Position numbers and translations under genes: made by a program. Of a stretch of 16,706 nucleotides of DNA, positions 15,492 through 16,706 are shown one piece after another; the first letter of the stretch is position 1, and every line of letters starts with the position of its first letter. The notes beneath the pieces are model-generated. The model saw only the letters and a list, made by a program, of their open reading frames with translations, was not told the origin of the DNA and ran no database searches. Origin of the DNA: Promethearchaeia archaeon (lineage in GTDB: Archaea; Asgardarchaeota; Lokiarchaeia; Sigyniarchaeales; SOKP01); the NCBI GenBank assembly GCA_029856155.1, contig JAHQWL010000087.1, forward strand, positions 1 to 16,706, written 5' to 3'.

Positions 15492-16367
15492 ATGATAAGT
15501 GAAAATAAAAACATAATAAATGAAAGACCGAAACTCAACATAAACTACTCAAATAATAAGAAAAACCTAATCATTTTCTTTATTCTAAGTTTTGCTTTGA
15601 TGATAATAACTGTAATTATCCAAATCGGAGTTAGAAATCTTATAGATAATTATTTTGTAGACATGTTTTTTGCAATTTTAGCAATAACTACTCCAACAAT
15701 TTCAGCTGTTATTATATCAGGTATAAATGACGGATTACAAGGGATTAAAAATCTTTTTGCGGGATTTAGAATTTGGAAGGTGAGTTTTTTTTGGTATTTT
15801 GCAGGATTATTATTTATAATTGCTCCTTTGATATTTGCTTTATTTTATCTTCTTTTTGGAGGTGAAGCACCAGGACCAGCTACGAATTATACAATAGCAT
15901 TATTTCTTCTAGATTTGTTTATATCTTTAATAAGTGGACCTTTAAATGAAGAAGCTGGTTGGCGAGGATATGCATTACCTAGATTACAATCAAGATTTTC
16001 AGCATTAACCTCAAGCGTTATTTTAGGAATTTTGTGGGGCTTTTGGCATTTACCTTTATATCTGGTTGAAGTGAGATTACCATTTTATATCTTTATATTC
16101 CTTAATATTGTCCTCTCAATATTAATAACATGGGGGTATAATAATACCAATGGAAGTCTAGTAATAGCTGTATTGTTCCACTTTTGTTTTAATTTCGTGG
16201 GAACTTATATTGCAGGAAAACTTGGATTATTACCAACTATGATGTTTTATTTAGCTGGTGGTATTTTAATAGGGATATATGTAATTATAGTAATTATTTA
16301 TTATGGCCCTAAGCGACTTTCTCGAAAATCTGAAGAAGATTTACCCTTTAAGAAATTAGATATTTAA
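15492..16367 (+). CDS. CPBP family (CAAX prenyl protease II/Abi) intramembrane glutamic endopeptidase
   Basis: EEAGWRGYALPRL, WGFWHLP and HFCFN motifs, plus about eight hydrophobic segments. Confidence 0.95.
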   Translation: MISENKNIINERPKLNINYSNNKKNLIIFFILSFALMIITVIIQIGVRNLIDNYFVDMFFAILAITTPTISAVIISGINDGLQGIKNLFAGFRIWKVSFFWYFAGLLFIIAPLIFALFYLLFGGEAPGPATNYTIALFLLDLFISLISGPLNEEAGWRGYALPRLQSRFSALTSSVILGILWGFWHLPLYLVEVRLPFYIFIFLNIVLSILITWGYNNTNGSLVIAVLFHFCFNFVGTYIAGKLGLLPTMMFYLAGGILIGIYVIIVIIYYGPKRLSRKSEEDLPFKKLDI

Positions 16368-16398
16368 TGTTCTTATAATTCAAAAATAAATTTTATTT

Positions 16399-16704
16399 TC
16401 ATTCTTTTGATAAGTTTTTTAAAGTAATAAAAGCGCTTCCAATTTGAACTCGGACTAGTTTTTGGATTGGAATAACGGTATATTGGACACCACTTAGTAA
16501 TTCGTTGATCTTTTGTTCAATCCATTTTTCTAAGTCAAATTTAATGTTAGAAATCTCAACTTTATTTTCTGGGTGATTCGATAGAGCTTCTTCACATAAT
16601 CTTGCAATCATTGATATATTTAACAAACTTCTTATATATCTACGTGCAACATTCGAATCAAAAGCTTGAGCAATAGTTGCTTTTCCGTCGTACATTGAGG
16701 AAGT
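16399..16704 (-). CDS. Hypothetical protein, C-terminal part (gene begins beyond the window)
   Basis: The frame is open from the window edge through the ORF-track ATG (16695) to the TGA at 16399. The product looks helical and protein-like. No family recognised. Confidence 0.65.
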   Translation of the reverse strand, partial: TSSMYDGKATIAQAFDSNVARRYIRSLLNISMIARLCEEALSNHPENKVEISNIKFDLEKWIEQKINELLSGVQYTVIPIQKLVRVQIGSAFITLKNLSKE

Positions 16705-16706
16705 TT

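Noticed and set aside
15492-16367. CAAX protease acting on the nearby GTPase
   Set aside because: The GTPase ends in SMEAA with no C-terminal Cys, and CPBP proteases are ubiquitous in prokaryotes.

Overview
AT-rich, gene-dense archaeal window, most likely from an Asgard archaeon (Lokiarchaeia-like). This is inferred from a eukaryote-type actin-related gene, an MglA-like small GTPase, a GIFT/IFT52-like domain and many GTG/TTG starts. The + strand carries: a 5'-truncated Pro-rich / 2x double-psi-barrel (Cdc48-N-like) / VWA protein; an AbrB-ACT regulator; a tight run of four genes (disordered/coiled-coil protein, divergent actin-related protein, helical-repeat + CHAT caspase-like protein, coiled-coil + PLD-fold protein); a stand-alone N6-adenine DNA methyltransferase; a DEAD-box (DEGD) helicase; and the MglA-like GTPase. 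The - strand carries a zinc-ribbon membrane protein and a GIFT-RHH / YfcE-Vps29-type phosphoesterase / ParB-Srx-like run. A CPBP (CAAX) protease and a truncated hypothetical gene end the window. The most striking observation is the actin cluster (2554-7887): the CHAT domain lacks its His/Cys dyad, the PLD fold lacks HKD, and the actin has remodelled nucleotide and polymerisation motifs. This suggests a possible non-catalytic scaffold complex built from pseudo-enzymes. All family calls come from motif recognition by eye; no searches were run.
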